DNA of 64,000 bases from Bryobacteraceae bacterium (GTDB lineage: Bacteria > Acidobacteriota > Terriglobia > Bryobacterales > Bryobacteraceae). Numbering within the stretch: position 1 is the stretch's first letter; every line of letters begins with the position of its first letter. The position numbers and the translations under genes were made by a program. Under the pieces are notes generated by a model. The model did no database searches. It was not told the DNA's origin and worked only from the letters and a program-made list of their open reading frames with translations. Where the stretch lies: assembly GCA_035632375.1 (NCBI GenBank), contig DASQGY010000037.1, positions 5,610-69,609 of the forward strand, written 5' to 3'. Of the stretch, positions 36,028-45,695 are shown piece by piece.

Positions 36028-38145
36028 ATGAAAGTGCTCATTGCGCTGTGCATGTGTGTTGCGATTACTGTGTTCGCCGCGCCTCCAGCCAAGGCCCCGG
36101 ATCCGCTCCAACCTCCAATACTCGATAAGCCCATCGCCCCTGGGAACACGGTCACAGGCAAGACCGCTAACACGAAGTATCAGATTATAGTGAAGGTATT
36201 CGGGGATTCTGGAGACGTCAAGCAACTCCCTGCCGGGATGGATCCGGCTAGTAACCGTTTTTACGTCGTACTCAACGACTCCTTGAAGGCCAAACAGATC
36301 GTGCAGGCTTTTCTGGTGGTCAATGGGAAGGAAACCGCGGCGTCAGTACCAGTCCTCGTAGATGGACCGCCGGCGGTGCCGGACACTACCGCTGTCGCAA
36401 CTCCACCGGCCGATCCGTGTGCCAAATTGCCCACGGATACAAGCCTCCCGCAGCCGTCCATCGGCCCTTTGGCTGCCGACGATACTGAAATAAAGGGGGC
36501 CTCGGCGTTCCTCTCGGGTAACGTTTCAGTGTGTGTGAATGGGACAAGCGTCAAGGTGAAGGACTCAGCCACGGGAACCGCCGCCGCTTCTATTCCCTTC
36601 AAGAACGGCTCTTACGAAGCCTTTGTCGACGCTGGTCAGTTGAAGGAGGGAAATGGTGTGGTCGTTGTCATCACCAACGGCAATCGGAGACTCACCAATT
36701 CCGTCGTCGTCGGCGCTTCCGCGAAGCTTCCCGCCGATGCTTGCACTACGCCCGACAGTCAGTTGTCGTCAGCGCTTTCACCAATCAAGTTGCACCCCGC
36801 GCTGGAGGACGGAGCTCTTGCCGTTATCGGTGTCGCACCCCTGCCAAAGGGCACTGTGGTCGCCTGCCTGAAAGGGAAGGCGCTGACGCAGATCGGGCAA
36901 GTGGATGATCAGGGAGCCTTCACTCTCAACGTAACGGATAGTGTCACCCAAGGGAAGACGATTGATGTGTTCGTGACGTCTGCCGACAATAAGACCCGCA
37001 CCAAGACTTCCGTTGAGGTCGCTCCCGTGAAATTTACGGAAGTGGAACTGAGCGCAACACCCAAGGAAGGACAGAAAACTATATACGTGAACGCTTCGCC
37101 TACCGGCACGGTGCACTACTCCCTGTCCGCATTCGTGAATGGTGAACAGGCGAGAATAATCGACGGCTCGGGCAACGAAACGGATTCCGTGCCAACGAGT
37201 ACGACAGGCGCGACGGCCATCCAACTGAAAGATCCACTCGATGGAGGCCAGTGTGTGCAGGTGGTGGAGTTCGAAACCGGGAAAAGAGTACTCCCAGACC
37301 GCTCATTGCTAGGTTGCGCAGCTACGGACCACGCCGTTGAGAAGAACTACGCTGTGTCAAGATCAACGCCTACAGTGGCATTCTTCGATTTTGGACGCAT
37401 AAGGAGCTACTTTGTGGCAGGCAGTTTGCTCAGCTTCGACGGCGGTAGCTTCTCTCAGCCAAGCGTATTTTTAGCCTTGAACGCCAATCGCAACTGGATC
37501 TGGGGCGGCATGACTCCCGTAACAAAGGACGCCGGAATAGAGCAAACAGGTCATCGCTTCATGTTCGACACGTTCTTCGAAGCTAGGCTCACTACGGTAC
37601 CGGTTGCCGTTGGCGCCACGCCAACTCTTCAAAGCACTCTGACATCTCCGAAGGCAGGAGAGCTTGTAGGTGGTGTGTCGGCGCCCATCATCGTGGCAAC
37701 GTGGTCCCACGGCAAGGATCCTTACGGGTTCACCGTCGGTCCGATCGCCAAAGTCGGCTTTCTCACTCCAGTCGGCTCCACGACAGGCGCTACTGTAACG
37801 CCGCAGTCTTTTTACACCAACTATGGCTTCGGGACGAGGCTTGGTTTTCAAAAACTGACTTATTCGTCGAACATCGCTCCTGAGACAATCTCCTACATTG
37901 ACGTGGTGTCCGGGCGCTTCAGCAATTTCGATCTTAACCACATGCGACCATGGCGCTTCGCATTCGAAGGACTACTAAAAGTACCTTCGACGCCGCTCTT
38001 CGTTGGCTTCAGCGCGAACATTCACCAGAACTTCGGACTAGGCAAGGGCAATCCCGCCAGTAATGCGCGCGACGACCTCCGCTTCCTTTTTGGAGCCAAG
38101 TTCGACGCCGGCAAGCTCTTCGACGCGATCGGGCAGATCAAGTAG
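36028..38145 (+). CDS. Hypothetical secreted or surface protein: about four Ig-like modules plus a beta-rich C-terminal domain
   Basis: 705 aa with a signal peptide (MKVLIALCMCVAITVFAAPPAKA). The N-terminal 400 aa are Thr/Val/Gly/Ala-rich modules of about 90-100 aa. The C-terminal ~270 aa have alternating aromatic/hydrophobic beta-strand patterning (FGTRLGFQKLTY, WRFAFEGLLKV, LFVGFSANIH, LRFLFGAKF). I recognise no family, and GC is locally lower. Confidence 0.6.
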   Translation: MKVLIALCMCVAITVFAAPPAKAPDPLQPPILDKPIAPGNTVTGKTANTKYQIIVKVFGDSGDVKQLPAGMDPASNRFYVVLNDSLKAKQIVQAFLVVNGKETAASVPVLVDGPPAVPDTTAVATPPADPCAKLPTDTSLPQPSIGPLAADDTEIKGASAFLSGNVSVCVNGTSVKVKDSATGTAAASIPFKNGSYEAFVDAGQLKEGNGVVVVITNGNRRLTNSVVVGASAKLPADACTTPDSQLSSALSPIKLHPALEDGALAVIGVAPLPKGTVVACLKGKALTQIGQVDDQGAFTLNVTDSVTQGKTIDVFVTSADNKTRTKTSVEVAPVKFTEVELSATPKEGQKTIYVNASPTGTVHYSLSAFVNGEQARIIDGSGNETDSVPTSTTGATAIQLKDPLDGGQCVQVVEFETGKRVLPDRSLLGCAATDHAVEKNYAVSRSTPTVAFFDFGRIRSYFVAGSLLSFDGGSFSQPSVFLALNANRNWIWGGMTPVTKDAGIEQTGHRFMFDTFFEARLTTVPVAVGATPTLQSTLTSPKAGELVGGVSAPIIVATWSHGKDPYGFTVGPIAKVGFLTPVGSTTGATVTPQSFYTNYGFGTRLGFQKLTYSSNIAPETISYIDVVSGRFSNFDLNHMRPWRFAFEGLLKVPSTPLFVGFSANIHQNFGLGKGNPASNARDDLRFLFGAKFDAGKLFDAIGQIK

Positions 38146-38235
38146 GTCAGGATACTTCGGGGAGATCGACCGACTACTGACTAGCCCGCAGCCTGGCCCC
38201 CGCGCGCCCGCACCCTGTGGTTTCATAGAAGGGTT

Positions 38236-40845
38236 ATGAACGCAGAACGGAACCGCCTGCAAGCCGCTAGGCAGCGAACGAAGCATTGGAAGCGTTGGGG
38301 CCCTTACCTCACCGAGCGCGCCTGGGGAAACCCTCGCGAGGATTACAGCGCTTACGGCTGCTCCTGGGATTACTTCACCCACGATCACGCGCGCTACCGG
38401 GCCTATCGCTGGACCGAAGACGGCATGGCGGGCATCTGCGACAATCACCAGCGCCTCTGCTTCGCCTTTGCGTTCTGGAACGGCCGCGATCCCATTCTCA
38501 AGGAGCGCCTCTTCGGTCTCGGTGGGCCCGAAGGCAATCACGGCGAGGACGTCAAGGAGTATTATTACTACCTCGACTCCACGCCTACGCACTCCTACAT
38601 GAAGTATCTGTACAAGTACCCACAGGGCGAGTTCCCGTATGCACAAATCGCCGAAACCAATCGTGGCCGTTCGCGCCTGGAATCCGAGTTCGAACTAATC
38701 GATACCGGCGCATTTGAGCAGAACCGCTACTTCGACATCTTCGTCGAATACGCCAAGCACGATGCCGACGATATCCTGGCGCGGGTGACCATCATCAATC
38801 GCGGGCCCGATCCGGCTTCGCTCCATCTACTACCAACCGTATGGTTTCGCAACACCTGGAGCTGGGGTTATGGCACTCCACGGCCGGAATTGTCGCGCTT
38901 TGACGCGCACACCATCGGGATCCGGGAGCAATCGCTGGGCGAATTCAAACTGTGGCTCGAAGACGCTCCGACGCAGTTGTACACGGAGAACGAAAGCAAC
39001 AGCGAGCACTTGTGGGGATCTCCGAATGTCCAGCCCTACACCAAGGATTCTTTTCATCGCTACTTGGTTGACGGGGATAAGAATGCAGTGAACCCCGATG
39101 AGACCGGCACGAAGGCGTGCGGCCTGTATCACATCGACCTGGACCCGCTAGGCTCCCAGGTGCTCCAATTCCGTCTGTACTCCGGCGATGCTCCCGCGCC
39201 GGATATCACGCAGGTTTTCTTCGACCGCATCGAGGAAGCCGACGAGTTCTATAGCTTCGCGCCGGCGCATCTATCGGATGATGCGCGCATGGTGCAACGC
39301 CAGGCTCTCGCCGGCCTGCTGTGGAGTAAGCAGTTCTATCACTACGTCGTCGAGCAATGGCTGAAGGGCGACCCGGCAATGCCGCCACCGCCGCCCGAGC
39401 GAAAGGGCGGCCGCAATCGAAGTTGGATTCACGTCTACAATGACGACGTGCTTTCCATGCCGGATAAATGGGAGTACCCGTGGTTCGCCGCCTGGGATCT
39501 CTCATTCCACATGATCCCGTTTTCGTTAGTCGATCCCGACTTTGCCAAGAATCAACTGGCGCTCTTGCTTCGCGAGTGGTACACATCGCCCAACGGCCAG
39601 TTGCCCGCCTATGAGTGGGAGTTCGGCGACGTGAATCCGCCGGTCCATCCCTGGGCCTGCTTCCGTGTTTTCAAGATCGACAAAAAGCTGACCGGCAAAG
39701 CGGACTACGGTTTCCTGGAATCGGTATTTCACAAGTTGCTGATGAACTTCACCTGGTGGGTGAATCGCAAGGACTCGCAGGGGAACAACATTTTTGAAGG
39801 AGGCTTCCTCGGCCTGGATAATATCGGCGTTTTCGATCGCAGCAAGCCGCTCCCCACCGGCGGCTTTATCGAGCAGGCCGACGGCACCGCCTGGATGGCC
39901 ATGTTTTCCCTCATGATGCTGCGCATCGCCATCGAGCTGACGCCGCACGACCGTGCTTATGAGGACATCGCCAGTAAGTTTTTCGAGCACTTCCTCTATA
40001 TCGCCAGCGCGATGAATCGGATGGGCGACGGCGGATTGTGGGACGACCAGGACGGCTTCTTCTACGACTGGCTCCGGCTTCCGGACGGCACCAGTTTCCC
40101 AATGCGGGTTCGCTCGCTGGTCGGATTGATTCCGTTATTCGCCGTTACCACTCTGGATTCCCAACACCTCGACACCATGCCCGGCTTCAAACGGCGCATG
40201 TCCTGGTTCATCAAGCACCGGCCCGACCTGTGCGGCAACATCGCGTCCATGACGCATCACGGCGTTGCGGAACGGCTGCTGCTCTCCATGGTGCACCCAT
40301 CGCGATTGCGCCGCGTCCTCGAAACCATGCTCGACGAGAACGAGTTCCTGTCGCCTTACGGAATTCGCGGCATTTCGCGATTCCACAAGGATCATCCGTT
40401 TGTGCTTCAGGTGGACGGACACGAGCATCGCGTGGATTACGAGCCGGCCGAATCCACCACCGGCATTTTTGGAGGCAACTCGAACTGGCGCGGGCCGGTG
40501 TGGTTTCCGGTGAACTTCCTGATGATCGAATCGCTGCAGCGCTACCATCACTACTTCGGCGACGAATTCCAGGTGGAGTGCCCCACCGGTTCGGGCGTGA
40601 TGATGAACCTGTCGGACGTAGCCGCCGAGCTCTCACACCGCTTGGCGCGGATCTTCCTGCGCGACGAGCATGGACGCCGCCCGGTGTTCGGAGGTGCGGA
40701 AAAGTTCCAGACTGACCCCTATTTCCGCGATCACATACTGTTCTACGAGTATTTCCAGGGAGACAACGGAGCAGGCCTGGGCGCGAGCCACCAGACAGGC
40801 TGGACCGCCCTGGTGGCGAAGCTATTGCAGCAGAGCGGGGAGTAG
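38236..40845 (+). CDS. GH63-like glucosidase / MGH1-like glycoside hydrolase (six-hairpin family)
   Basis: 869 aa. Family-typical N-terminus [19 protein letters not shown]...[20 protein letters not shown], and a central catalytic-domain pattern [18 protein letters not shown]...[17 protein letters not shown]. Assignment is from memory of the family. Confidence 0.7.
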   Translation: MNAERNRLQAARQRTKHWKRWGPYLTERAWGNPREDYSAYGCSWDYFTHDHARYRAYRWTEDGMAGICDNHQRLCFAFAFWNGRDPILKERLFGLGGPEGNHGEDVKEYYYYLDSTPTHSYMKYLYKYPQGEFPYAQIAETNRGRSRLESEFELIDTGAFEQNRYFDIFVEYAKHDADDILARVTIINRGPDPASLHLLPTVWFRNTWSWGYGTPRPELSRFDAHTIGIREQSLGEFKLWLEDAPTQLYTENESNSEHLWGSPNVQPYTKDSFHRYLVDGDKNAVNPDETGTKACGLYHIDLDPLGSQVLQFRLYSGDAPAPDITQVFFDRIEEADEFYSFAPAHLSDDARMVQRQALAGLLWSKQFYHYVVEQWLKGDPAMPPPPPERKGGRNRSWIHVYNDDVLSMPDKWEYPWFAAWDLSFHMIPFSLVDPDFAKNQLALLLREWYTSPNGQLPAYEWEFGDVNPPVHPWACFRVFKIDKKLTGKADYGFLESVFHKLLMNFTWWVNRKDSQGNNIFEGGFLGLDNIGVFDRSKPLPTGGFIEQADGTAWMAMFSLMMLRIAIELTPHDRAYEDIASKFFEHFLYIASAMNRMGDGGLWDDQDGFFYDWLRLPDGTSFPMRVRSLVGLIPLFAVTTLDSQHLDTMPGFKRRMSWFIKHRPDLCGNIASMTHHGVAERLLLSMVHPSRLRRVLETMLDENEFLSPYGIRGISRFHKDHPFVLQVDGHEHRVDYEPAESTTGIFGGNSNWRGPVWFPVNFLMIESLQRYHHYFGDEFQVECPTGSGVMMNLSDVAAELSHRLARIFLRDEHGRRPVFGGAEKFQTDPYFRDHILFYEYFQGDNGAGLGASHQTGWTALVAKLLQQSGE

Positions 40846-41104
40846 ATTTTCGTTGTTGGCGGAGGCTGGTCCGCTCTTGTGGAACAGCTTCTGCCGTAGG
40901 TCTGGGCGCAACCAGCGCTGATTGCGCCCCCAGCCAGACTCTCTGGACCAACTGTGCTGAGGGCCACCCACTCCAGCCGCCGTTCCCCGGTGATGGGTTG
41001 AGCCTCGTCGCTGCTGCTGGACGGGACGGACGGCGTCTGCCCCCATCCCATCCCGGCAGCAGAAACGAACACAGCGAGAACGTTCCGGTTCAAACCCGGC
41101 ATGG

Positions 41105-41269
41105 TCACGCCCTTCGAGCCAAGTGCGCCACCAAAGAAACGACAAAAAGGATCACGAAAATAAAGAACAGAAGCTTGGCAATGCCCGCGGCCATCATCGA
41201 GATCCCGGTGAATCCGAACACTGCCGCGAGAAGAGCAATCAAGAGAAACATCAACGCCCAATACAACAT
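41105..41269 (-). CDS. DUF1328 (UPF0391/YtjA-like) small membrane protein, 54 aa
   Basis: [54 protein letters not shown] matches the family consensus closely and is preceded by GGAGGGAG. It is only the last 54 codons of the spurious 390-aa track ORF 41105..42277. Confidence 0.85.
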   Translation of the reverse strand: MLYWALMFLLIALLAAVFGFTGISMMAAGIAKLLFFIFVILFVVSLVAHLARRA

Positions 41270-41449
41270 GTGATTTCTCCCTCCACCATGCCGGCTTGCA
41301 TTCCGTGGGCCAGCCTGCATGTGCTTTGGGGCCAGTGGGATAGCAAAAGATTCCAAGAAATGTTTGGATAGAATATGCCGCAGAGCCCGTTGGAAATACG
41401 GGCTAACCCTTGTCACCTGGCTTCGTCCATAATGGAACGAGGTGGCCCG

Positions 41450-42361
41450 ATGAAAAAACTCCTGCTGTTGCTCTGCACTTCTGCCCTGGTCTTCGCGGGC
41501 GATAGTTCCCGCTATCGCGAGGACTTCCATTACAGCTATCCGCAGTCCGCGGGCGGGCGTTTCGCGCTCGACAATTTCAATGGCTCGGTGGAGGTCACCG
41601 GCTGGGATCAGAACACCGTTGACATCTCCGGCACCAAGTACGCCGAGAGCCAGCAACTGCTGGGCTCCATCCGGATTGAGGCGTCGAGCTCCGGCAATGC
41701 GGTTCGCGTCAAGACCACCCATCCGGATGTACACCACGGCAATATGGGCGCCAAGTACATCATCAGGGTGCCTCGCCGCACCGAACTGGAAGACGTTCAT
41801 AGTTCCAATGGATCGCTGCGGGTGGAAGACATCGAGGGCAACGCGCACCTCACGACCTCCAACGGCTCGGTTCACCTGGCTAGGATTCGCGGCAACGTGG
41901 ACGCCCGCTCTTCGAACGGCAGCGCCGAGGTCAAGGACGTGCAGGGTAACGTAAACTTCAAGACCTCCAACGGCGGTGTGCACGGCGACAACGTGGCTGG
42001 AGTCTTCGAGGCCGAGACCTCGAACGGCGGCATCCGCGTGCACTTGAGCGACCCCGAGGCGGGGCGGCCAATCCGGCTCTCCACTTCCAACGGAGGCATC
42101 GAGTTGCAAATGGATACGTCGCGCCAGAACGATATTCTCGCCTCCACCAGTAACGGACCCATCGTGGTGCGAATGCCCGCCGGCGTCGGCGCCAATGTGC
42201 ATGCCGCAACCAATTCCAGCGGATCGGTTCGCAGCGACTTCGATATTCTGATTCGCGGCGGAGAAATTTCGAAACACCGCATGGATGGCGCCATCGGCGG
42301 TGGCGGATCCCGGATCGATCTGACTACTTCTAATGGCAATATCAGCCTGGTAAAGATTTAA
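41450..42361 (+). CDS. DUF4097-family beta-strand-repeat protein (putative adhesin)
   Basis: Signal peptide [16 protein letters not shown]. The body consists of repeated (T/S)SNG(S/G)(V/I) units ([64 protein letters not shown]). Confidence 0.75.
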   Translation: MKKLLLLLCTSALVFAGDSSRYREDFHYSYPQSAGGRFALDNFNGSVEVTGWDQNTVDISGTKYAESQQLLGSIRIEASSSGNAVRVKTTHPDVHHGNMGAKYIIRVPRRTELEDVHSSNGSLRVEDIEGNAHLTTSNGSVHLARIRGNVDARSSNGSAEVKDVQGNVNFKTSNGGVHGDNVAGVFEAETSNGGIRVHLSDPEAGRPIRLSTSNGGIELQMDTSRQNDILASTSNGPIVVRMPAGVGANVHAATNSSGSVRSDFDILIRGGEISKHRMDGAIGGGGSRIDLTTSNGNISLVKI

Positions 42362-42364
42362 GGC

Positions 42365-42758
42365 TTGTCGAAAGCCAATCTACAGACCTACGCTCATACG
42401 CTGCTCCGCGTTGTCGCCGGCTTCACCTACTCGCTGCACGGTTTCCAGAAACTGTTCGGGTATTTCGGCGGCATGGGCCACGGCGCTCACGCGAAGATCT
42501 TTTCCGAGATGTGGATTGCGGGTATTGGAGTGCTTCGGCGGGCTGTTGATTCTGACAGGCCTGTTTACCCGGCCAGTGGCGTTCCTGCTATGCGGTGAGA
42601 TGGCCGTGGCCTACTTCAAACAGCACGCTCCGCGCGGATTCTGGCCCATCGAGAACGGCGGCGAGTTGGCCGTGCTTTATTGCTTTATCTTTCTGTACTT
42701 GATGAGCTCCGGGGCAGGCCCTTGGAGCCTGGACCGACACGTCCGCAAGAAGAATTAG
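42365..42758 (+). pseudogene. DoxX-family membrane protein interrupted by a frameshift near 42524
   Basis: Frame A (42365-) gives LLRVVAGFTYSLHGFQKLFGYFGG...SEMWIAG. Frame B (+1) continues LECFGGLLILTGLFTRPVAFLLCGEMAVAYF...GGELAVLYCFIFLYL...GPWSLD. Together they form a normal ~130-aa DoxX, with one extra nt (or two missing) at GGTATTGGAG (42521-42530). Confidence 0.7.
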
Positions 42759-44716
42759 CCCCGCAGTATCCGCACGGCGTCGGTTAGCATGTTCCCACCC
42801 GCCGCTTGACCGGCGCCCACAGGACGCGCGGTGCCGTCGGCTGGAGGCTTTTCCTCGCCCTCGCCAGGCGCAAGGAACAGATTCGCTTCCAGGCCGTGCT
42901 GCTTGGTGTAGAGATCCCAATAGCGGCCGCGGGCCGCGTATAGCTCCTCATGTGTGCCCCGCTCCACGATGCGCCCGGTTTCGACCACCAGAATCTGATC
43001 GGCCCGCCGGATAGTGGACAGCCGGTGCGCGATCACGAATGTAGTCCGGCCTTGCATCAGGTATTTCAAGCCTTCCTGGATCATGGCCTCGGATTCGGAA
43101 TCGAGGCTCGATGTGGCCTCGTCCAGAATCAGGATGCGCGGGTCGGCCAGGATGGCGCGCGCGATGGAAACGCGCTGGCGTTGGCCACCTGAAAGCTTCA
43201 CGCCGCGCTCTCCTACGATGGTGTCGTACTTCTTTTCGAAACCTTCGGCGAACTCGTCGACGCGGGCGATCCGGCACGCTTCCATGATTTGTTCTTCGGT
43301 CGCGCCGGGCCTGGCGAACGCAACGTTCTCGCGAATGGTCCCGTCGAAGAGGAACGTCTCCTGCAGCACGACGCCGAGTTGTGTGCGATAAGAATCGAGC
43401 CGGACCGTGGAGAGATCGGCGCCATCGACGAGTATCGTCCCCTCCGCCGGTAGATGAAAAGCGGCGATCAGACCGATCATGGTCGATTTGCCCGATCCAG
43501 ATGGCCCCACCAGCGCAGTCACAGTGCCAGGCTCGGATTGAAACGACACCTCGCGAAGCACCGTCTTCCCGGCGTCATAAGCAAAGCTCACGTTGTCGAA
43601 TACGACGCGCCCCGTGATCGGGGGCAGCGCGACGGTTCGGTGTGGGTCCTGATCCTCCGGCCTTTCGCGCAGCACTTCGCGCGTACGTTCCAGTCCTGCA
43701 AGGGCCTCGGTGAGTTGGGTCCCAATTCCCACAATCTGGAACACCGGTGCCACCATGAAGACCAGCAGCGCATTGAAGCTCATGAAAACTCCCAGAGTCA
43801 TCACTCCGGCGCCGATCTGGCGAGCTCCTACATACATGATGAAACCACCCACTACGCCGGTGAGAACGGTGGCGGAAAGGCTCATGAAGGACATCGCGGT
43901 TAGGGACTTCAAGACGTTGTCTAGAAGCCGTTTTACTCCGGCTGCGAACACTTGCTCTTCCCGCTCTTCGGCGTGGTAGCCCTTCACCACGCGGACGCCT
44001 CCCAGCGATTCAGTGAGACGGCCGGTCACCTCGGCGTTGATCTTTCCGCGCTCGCGGAAAATGGGCCGGATCACGCCGAAAGCCTTGCGTAGCACCAGCA
44101 CAAACACCACGATGATCGCCAACGCAATCGCGGTTAGGAGCCAATTGAGATAGAGCAGCCTGCCAAGTACCAGGAAGGCCACCAACAACCCGCCCACCAA
44201 TTCGATGAGGCCGGTGCCCAGCAGATTGCGAATGCCTTCCACGTCGGTCATGATGCGCGACACCAGGGCGCCCGTCTTGTTGGCGTCGTAATAGGACACT
44301 GGGAGATGAGCGACGTGCGACTGCACCTTCCGGCGCAGCTCGGCGATCAGACGTTGCCCCTCTTTCGAAACCAATTGGGTTTGCGCAAAGGAGGTGATGC
44401 CCTGGATCAGCGTGGCGGCCATCACGGCGAGCACCAGCCACGGCAGCATGCTGGTGTTCTTCTTGCCGATTACATCGTCTATCAGGTACTGCGTCGAAAC
44501 CGGCAGCACCAGTCCGCAAGGACGGCTTATGGCCATCAGCAGAAAGCCCAGCGCGAGAATCTTGCGCCGCGGACGAATCAACTCACGGATATCCGGCCAC
44601 AATTCCCGCAGGCGTTCGGACGAGCGTTTCTTGGGGGTTTGCGGCGTCACGGGGGCTTGAACTATTGTATGGGATGCGCCACCTGCGCCGTTGGATGCTT
44701 TCTTAACCATGCCCAA
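42755..44716 (-). CDS. ABC exporter, fused permease/ATPase (MsbA/ABCB-type)
   Basis: Six-TM ABC_membrane domain, then Walker A GPSGSGKST, signature LSGGQRQR and Walker B ILILDEATSSLD. An alternative start is Met3 at complement 44708-44710. Confidence 0.92.
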   Translation of the reverse strand: MGMVKKASNGAGGASHTIVQAPVTPQTPKKRSSERLRELWPDIRELIRPRRKILALGFLLMAISRPCGLVLPVSTQYLIDDVIGKKNTSMLPWLVLAVMAATLIQGITSFAQTQLVSKEGQRLIAELRRKVQSHVAHLPVSYYDANKTGALVSRIMTDVEGIRNLLGTGLIELVGGLLVAFLVLGRLLYLNWLLTAIALAIIVVFVLVLRKAFGVIRPIFRERGKINAEVTGRLTESLGGVRVVKGYHAEEREEQVFAAGVKRLLDNVLKSLTAMSFMSLSATVLTGVVGGFIMYVGARQIGAGVMTLGVFMSFNALLVFMVAPVFQIVGIGTQLTEALAGLERTREVLRERPEDQDPHRTVALPPITGRVVFDNVSFAYDAGKTVLREVSFQSEPGTVTALVGPSGSGKSTMIGLIAAFHLPAEGTILVDGADLSTVRLDSYRTQLGVVLQETFLFDGTIRENVAFARPGATEEQIMEACRIARVDEFAEGFEKKYDTIVGERGVKLSGGQRQRVSIARAILADPRILILDEATSSLDSESEAMIQEGLKYLMQGRTTFVIAHRLSTIRRADQILVVETGRIVERGTHEELYAARGRYWDLYTKQHGLEANLFLAPGEGEEKPPADGTARPVGAGQAAGGNMLTDAVRILRG

Positions 44717-45437
44717 TCTTTACGCCGGCACATCCGGATTCGCCTATCCAAGCTGGAAACCCGAGTTCTATCCGGAAAAGCTGGCGGCGAAAAAGTTCCT
44801 GTCGTATTACTCCCAGCGCCTGAACGCGGTGGAGGTGAACTACACTTTTCGGCGGCTTCCTTCGGTGTCCACGCTCGAAAACTGGGTGGCCGAAACGCGC
44901 CCCGGCTTCGTGTTTCCGCTGAAAGCGCACATGCGCATCACACATATCCTGCGGCTGAAGCCGACGGAGTTCACGGAAGTGTTCTTCAAGGCGATTGACC
45001 CCTTACGCTCCGCCCGCCGCCTAGGCCCGGTGCTGTTCCAATTGCCGCCTGCATTGAAACGCGATGACGCGTTGCTGGGCGATTTCCTGGCAACGCTGCC
45101 CCACGATCTGCGCTGCGCTTTCGAATTCCGCCACCCCTCCTGGCTGGCGGACGAAACCTACAAGCTGCTGGAGAAGCACGGTGTGGCGCTGTGCCTGGCG
45201 GAATCGGAAAAGCTGGTGATCCCGGAAGTGGTCACTGCGAACTTCGTGTACTCGCGCCTGCGGATGCCGGAGTATTCACCGGAAGATCGCAAAGAAATTG
45301 CAAGCCGCGTAGAGCACTTGTTAGATCGCGGCCAGGACGTCTACGTTTTCTTCAAGCACGAAGAAACCGCCGCGGGTGCACTCTACGCAGAAGAACTACT
45401 GAAAAACTTCCCCAGCGAAACAGCAAGTAAGGAATAA
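44709..45437 (+). CDS. DUF72 (UPF0759) family protein
   Basis: Family-typical N-terminus MPNLYAGTSGFAYPSWKPEFYP...YYSQRLNAVEVNYTFRRLP, and later FEFRHPSW. The start is moved to the ATG at 44709. Confidence 0.85.
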   Translation: MPNLYAGTSGFAYPSWKPEFYPEKLAAKKFLSYYSQRLNAVEVNYTFRRLPSVSTLENWVAETRPGFVFPLKAHMRITHILRLKPTEFTEVFFKAIDPLRSARRLGPVLFQLPPALKRDDALLGDFLATLPHDLRCAFEFRHPSWLADETYKLLEKHGVALCLAESEKLVIPEVVTANFVYSRLRMPEYSPEDRKEIASRVEHLLDRGQDVYVFFKHEETAAGALYAEELLKNFPSETASKE

Positions 45438-45519
45438 AGGCGCGCAGCGCCCACCACATTCTGGATTGTGGATTCTCTCCAGAAACTCGCGCCAAACCTA
45501 TGCTCATTCGGACTGTAGG

Positions 45520-45605
45520 GCAGGTTGGAAACCTGCAGCGGGTTGGCAACCCGCTTGGCGAAGCGCGATTAACAATCGCGCGCAGGGTGGCAACCTGCCC
45601 CACAG
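45520..45605. repeat. Array of four tetraloop hairpins ending in CCCACAG
   Basis: GCAGGTT-ggaa-AACCTGC (45520-45536), AGCGGGTT-ggc-AACCCGCT (45537-45555), GCGCGATT-aac-AATCGCGC (45563-81) and GCAGGGT-ggc-AACCTGC (45582-98), followed by CCCACAG. The stems are shared with the arrays at 11384-11426 and 28098-28140. Confidence 0.8.
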
Positions 45606-45695
45606 GCTGATGATCAATACCCGACGCAACGAGTCTCTGTTTCATGCAACCGCCCCGATGGGGCGGCTGCGCGCTGGCTCCTGGATTCCAGTACC

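Noticed and set aside
41105-42277. 390-aa minus-strand ORF.
   Set aside because: Only its last 54 codons (DUF1328, 41105-41269, with its own strong RBS) look real. The rest is the antisense of the DUF4097 gene.
45649-45667. GC-rich hairpin CCGCCCC-gat-GGGGCGG as an intrinsic terminator for ku or the DUF72 gene.
   Set aside because: There is no U-tract on either strand. It may still stabilise 3' ends, but it cannot be called a terminator from sequence.
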